A stretch of 36,600 bases of DNA from a virus (Duplodnaviria > Caudoviricetes), in the IMG/VR virus record IMGVR_UViG_3300030097_000522, positions 1-36,600 of that record; one strand, given 5' to 3'. The stretch's first letter is position 1. Every line of letters begins with the position of its first letter. Below, piece by piece: positions 33,831-36,600 of this stretch. The notes under the pieces were generated by a model. That model saw nothing but the letters and a program-made list of their open reading frames with translations. It made no database searches and was not told where the DNA came from. Position numbers and translations under genes: made by a program.

Positions 33831-36181
33831 GCTTCATATTCGAACAGGCGCAGCAACGGCTTGCGCCGCGCCAGATCGCCGGCGGCGAGGCCAGTCTGTC
33901 GGATATATGGGGCGCATCCCGCGATGCGATGATCTATGTCGACAACTCTCTTTCGCGCGGCGCCGCGATCGAGGAAGCCTATGCGCGCCGCGTGCGCGCG
34001 ATCGCCGAAGCCACCGGCGAGACAATCGAGAACCCTGCCGTCGAAGCCTTCCGCGGCATGCCCGGACGCGACGAGCTCGAAACCATGCAGGCCGGGGAAA
34101 GCCGGTATGAAGCATCGAAACGGCGTTTCCGCGAAAGGCTGGCGCAGCTGGCGCAAACCCACCCGGCGGCAACGGAGGCCATCGGAGCCGCCCGTCCGAT
34201 CGAGGATGATGCAATCGCCATCGCGCAGGAAGCCGAGGGGCGGCTGACCGATCTTTCCGCATCGCGCGACGGCATCGGCAAATGGACAGCACTGCTGGGC
34301 GGCGGCGTGGCGGGCGCCATGCGCGACCCGCTGCAGGTTGGCCTGCTGGTAATCGGCGGCGGCCCCGGCGCCGGCCGCACGGTTGCGACCAGGCTGCTGT
34401 CGGCCGCCGGACGCGAAGCACTGATCAATGCCGGCGGCGAGGCAGCCCTGCAGCCGGCCGTGCAAGCCTGGCGCGAGGAAGCGGGGCTTCCGTCCGGCTT
34501 CGCGGAGGCAATGCGGAACATTGCCTTTTCCGGTGCGCTGGGCGGCGCGTTCGGCGCGGCAGGACAGGGCGTGGCCGAGGGCGCGCGGGCACTCTCCCGC
34601 AGCGGCCGCGCGGCCGAAATCGCGGGCAGCCTCAAGGGCAAGCTTGCGCCGCGCGGCGAGGATGCGCTTTCGGGCGATCCGGCGCTGATGAGCCGCAGCC
34701 TTGAGCCGATCCGCGAGGCGCTGCCGGCGCCGGCGCGCGGCGCTATTGACCAGGTGGAAGCCGACACGCTGGGCATGGCTGCGCGGCCGCCGGCACTGCC
34801 GGCGGATATCCATGATGCGAATGTGAGCGAAGCCGTGCGGGCCGTGCAGAGCGGCAGCCTGCCCGAGTTCACGCCAGACCCGGCGCAAACGGCGCGCATC
34901 GCCGACCTTCTTTCGCCCAAGGAAACCGCAGGCAAGGCAGCCAAGCCGCAGACGCTGACCGATTTCCTGATCGGCGCCGGCGGCGTGAGCGACAGCAAGG
35001 GCGAGCTGGCAGCGATCAGTGCCGACCAGGTGAAACGACGCGGCAAGGGCTCGCTGGTGCGCGAGGGCGCAAGGCCGCTCGACGATGCGCGGCTGATCGC
35101 AGCCGAGGCCGGTTTTTTCAATGACCGTTTCGGCACGGCCGAGGACGCAATGGCGCGCTCGACGATCGCCGATTTTCTCGACCTTGTTGACGAGGATATC
35201 CGCACCGGCGCCGTGACAGTCGACCGGGTGACGGATCTAACCCCGGACGCGGCCGCCGCACGCGCGGCAATAGAACGCGATGTCGACGAGCTGCAGCGCG
35301 CGATCGGCCCCGGGCTGGCCGATGACGATATCGTGGCTGCATTGAACCGATCGGCGGAAACCGGCGAGGACGTGCTTGACGCTTGGACCACGCTGATGGA
35401 GCGGCCCGTTGATGCGCCGGCATCGGCAGCGAAAGATCGAATACAAGAGGCTTCATCGCGCCTTGGTGTGGAGGTGATTGATGAGCGCACGGCAATAATG
35501 AAGCCAGTTCCGGCAGAAGCTGCAATTGAAATAAAGAATATTGCAGCCGAATATCTACAGGAAACAGCCGCAGGCATGCAGCCGCGCAATGTTGCGCTTC
35601 ACGTGGACCCTCAATGGGCATACGTTCTCGATGCCAAAGGAAAAGTATGGCGATTGAACAGTCCAGATCACAATGCTTTTTTCGCGGCGCTACGCGGCTC
35701 TCAAGACTTTGGTGATGAAGCCCTCGCAGCTGCATCTGAAATAGCCATCTTCCGTCTTTCGAGGATCGGCAAAGATCTGGAAGGAGGAATTGATTTCTTC
35801 TCAACTCCATCCAGTGCGCAAATCCGCGCTTTCAAACAGATGCAAAGGGAACTGAAAAATGCGGATGGTCAATTCAGTGTCTCTCTGTGGAATGAGGCAG
35901 AACTTGCCCCAGCGCAGACAGACATCCTACCCGGCTGGGAAGATGCCGACCTCGATGCCATGGCGGCGCGGATGAACGATCCCGCCAGCGGCATCGATGA
36001 CCCGGCGCGACCCAGCCAGGTGATCGCCGACAGCGTGGACGATCTCGACGCGGACCTGCTTGATCTTCCGGCAGATACCGCCATTCCGTTCGATGACGGA
36101 ACGCTGACCGCCGACCAGTTGCGCGACACGCTGGAGCGCGGCCGGCTTTATCAAAACCTTGTGGAGGCTTGCCGGGCATGA
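33827..36181 (+). CDS. Large internal virion (ejection) protein with a low-GC inserted domain
   Basis: ATGA overlaps at both ends; Gly/Ala hydrophobic helices; synteny. Confidence 0.7.
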   Translation: MSFIFEQAQQRLAPRQIAGGEASLSDIWGASRDAMIYVDNSLSRGAAIEEAYARRVRAIAEATGETIENPAVEAFRGMPGRDELETMQAGESRYEASKRRFRERLAQLAQTHPAATEAIGAARPIEDDAIAIAQEAEGRLTDLSASRDGIGKWTALLGGGVAGAMRDPLQVGLLVIGGGPGAGRTVATRLLSAAGREALINAGGEAALQPAVQAWREEAGLPSGFAEAMRNIAFSGALGGAFGAAGQGVAEGARALSRSGRAAEIAGSLKGKLAPRGEDALSGDPALMSRSLEPIREALPAPARGAIDQVEADTLGMAARPPALPADIHDANVSEAVRAVQSGSLPEFTPDPAQTARIADLLSPKETAGKAAKPQTLTDFLIGAGGVSDSKGELAAISADQVKRRGKGSLVREGARPLDDARLIAAEAGFFNDRFGTAEDAMARSTIADFLDLVDEDIRTGAVTVDRVTDLTPDAAAARAAIERDVDELQRAIGPGLADDDIVAALNRSAETGEDVLDAWTTLMERPVDAPASAAKDRIQEASSRLGVEVIDERTAIMKPVPAEAAIEIKNIAAEYLQETAAGMQPRNVALHVDPQWAYVLDAKGKVWRLNSPDHNAFFAALRGSQDFGDEALAAASEIAIFRLSRIGKDLEGGIDFFSTPSSAQIRAFKQMQRELKNADGQFSVSLWNEAELAPAQTDILPGWEDADLDAMAARMNDPASGIDDPARPSQVIADSVDDLDADLLDLPADTAIPFDDGTLTADQLRDTLERGRLYQNLVEACRA

Positions 36182-36600
36182 GTTTCAGGGACTGCATATC
36201 GGAAGCCGTGGAAGCGGGAGAAATAGGCAAGGCCGAGGCGGCGCGGCTCAATGGCGAGTTCGACCGGCTGCGAGCGAAGTTTGCCGCCGGATCCGAAGTG
36301 ACGGCCGACGCCGAGGCCAAGCGTGCGCTGGCCGATCTGTTGAAGGCGGAAACCGACCATCAGCGGCGCAAGGCAAAACTGTCTGTCGCATCGATCCGCC
36401 GCGTGGCGGCCGACATCAACAGCTACCGCAACCCCAAGGGCGAGGCCGATATCAACGCGGCGGCGCTTGACCTGCTCGAACATTACGGCACGGCCAAATT
36501 CGACAGCGTGGAAGGGCGGCGCAAGTCGATCATCGGCATGGCGCATGCACGCATGGAGAGCCTGCTTTACGATTTCCGCAAGGGCGCGGTGCGCGGCGAT
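36178..36600 (+). CDS. N-terminal part of the junction-spanning internal virion protein (continues at 1..2142)
   Basis: MSFRDCISEAVEAG... stays open to the end and is in frame with position 1. Confidence 0.85.
   Translation, partial: MSFRDCISEAVEAGEIGKAEAARLNGEFDRLRAKFAAGSEVTADAEAKRALADLLKAETDHQRRKAKLSVASIRRVAADINSYRNPKGEADINAAALDLLEHYGTAKFDSVEGRRKSIIGMAHARMESLLYDFRKGAVRGD

Larger units (their letters stand above)
1..36600. mobile_element. Complete temperate podovirus-type phage genome, circular/excised form
   Basis: Integrase, attP, repressor switch, replication, terminase, portal, capsid, tail tube, ejection and lysis genes with no host genes; the ends overlap and one ORF reads through the junction. 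Confidence 0.95.

Noticed and set aside
21142-35589. Long minus-strand ORFs opposite the structural genes (e.g. 23188-24810, 33979-35589), and 9383-10813 opposite int
   Set aside because: Shadow ORFs expected in high-GC coding DNA; no motifs or RBS
36502-36600. Terminal direct repeat as a biological DTR
   Set aside because: Exactly 99 bp and inside a CDS, typical of an assembler k-mer overlap

Overview
Apparently complete, circularly assembled genome (36,501 bp; bases 36502-36600 repeat bases 1-99) of a high-GC temperate podovirus-type phage. The host is probably an alphaproteobacterium (Rhizobiales-like), inferred from the tRNA fragment, an alpha-type LexA box and the protein families. Modules in order: ejection protein (crosses the junction), tail fibre plus SGNH hydrolase, lysis, attP carrying the 3' half of tRNA-Lys(CTT), about 3 kb of accessory genes, tyrosine integrase, cI/cro-like switch, early genes, primase and helicase, an inverted-repeat origin, terS/terL, and T7/BPP-1-like portal, scaffold, capsid, tail tube and ejection proteins. 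The most notable signal is a second att-like site between terS and terL with the same core half-site, arm motifs and an IHF box, but a different 7-bp spacer. It lies 14,562 bp from attP and brackets the int-immunity-replication-ori-terS module. Other highlights: a LexA box inside the attP arm alongside a repressor lacking the autocleavage Ser/Lys; five late promoters with a 15-bp spacer; an in-frame endolysin-holin fusion with an internal RBS; and an RHH gene coupled to a dead-resolvase/GIY-YIG fusion. All protein calls come from motif recognition by eye; no database searches were run.
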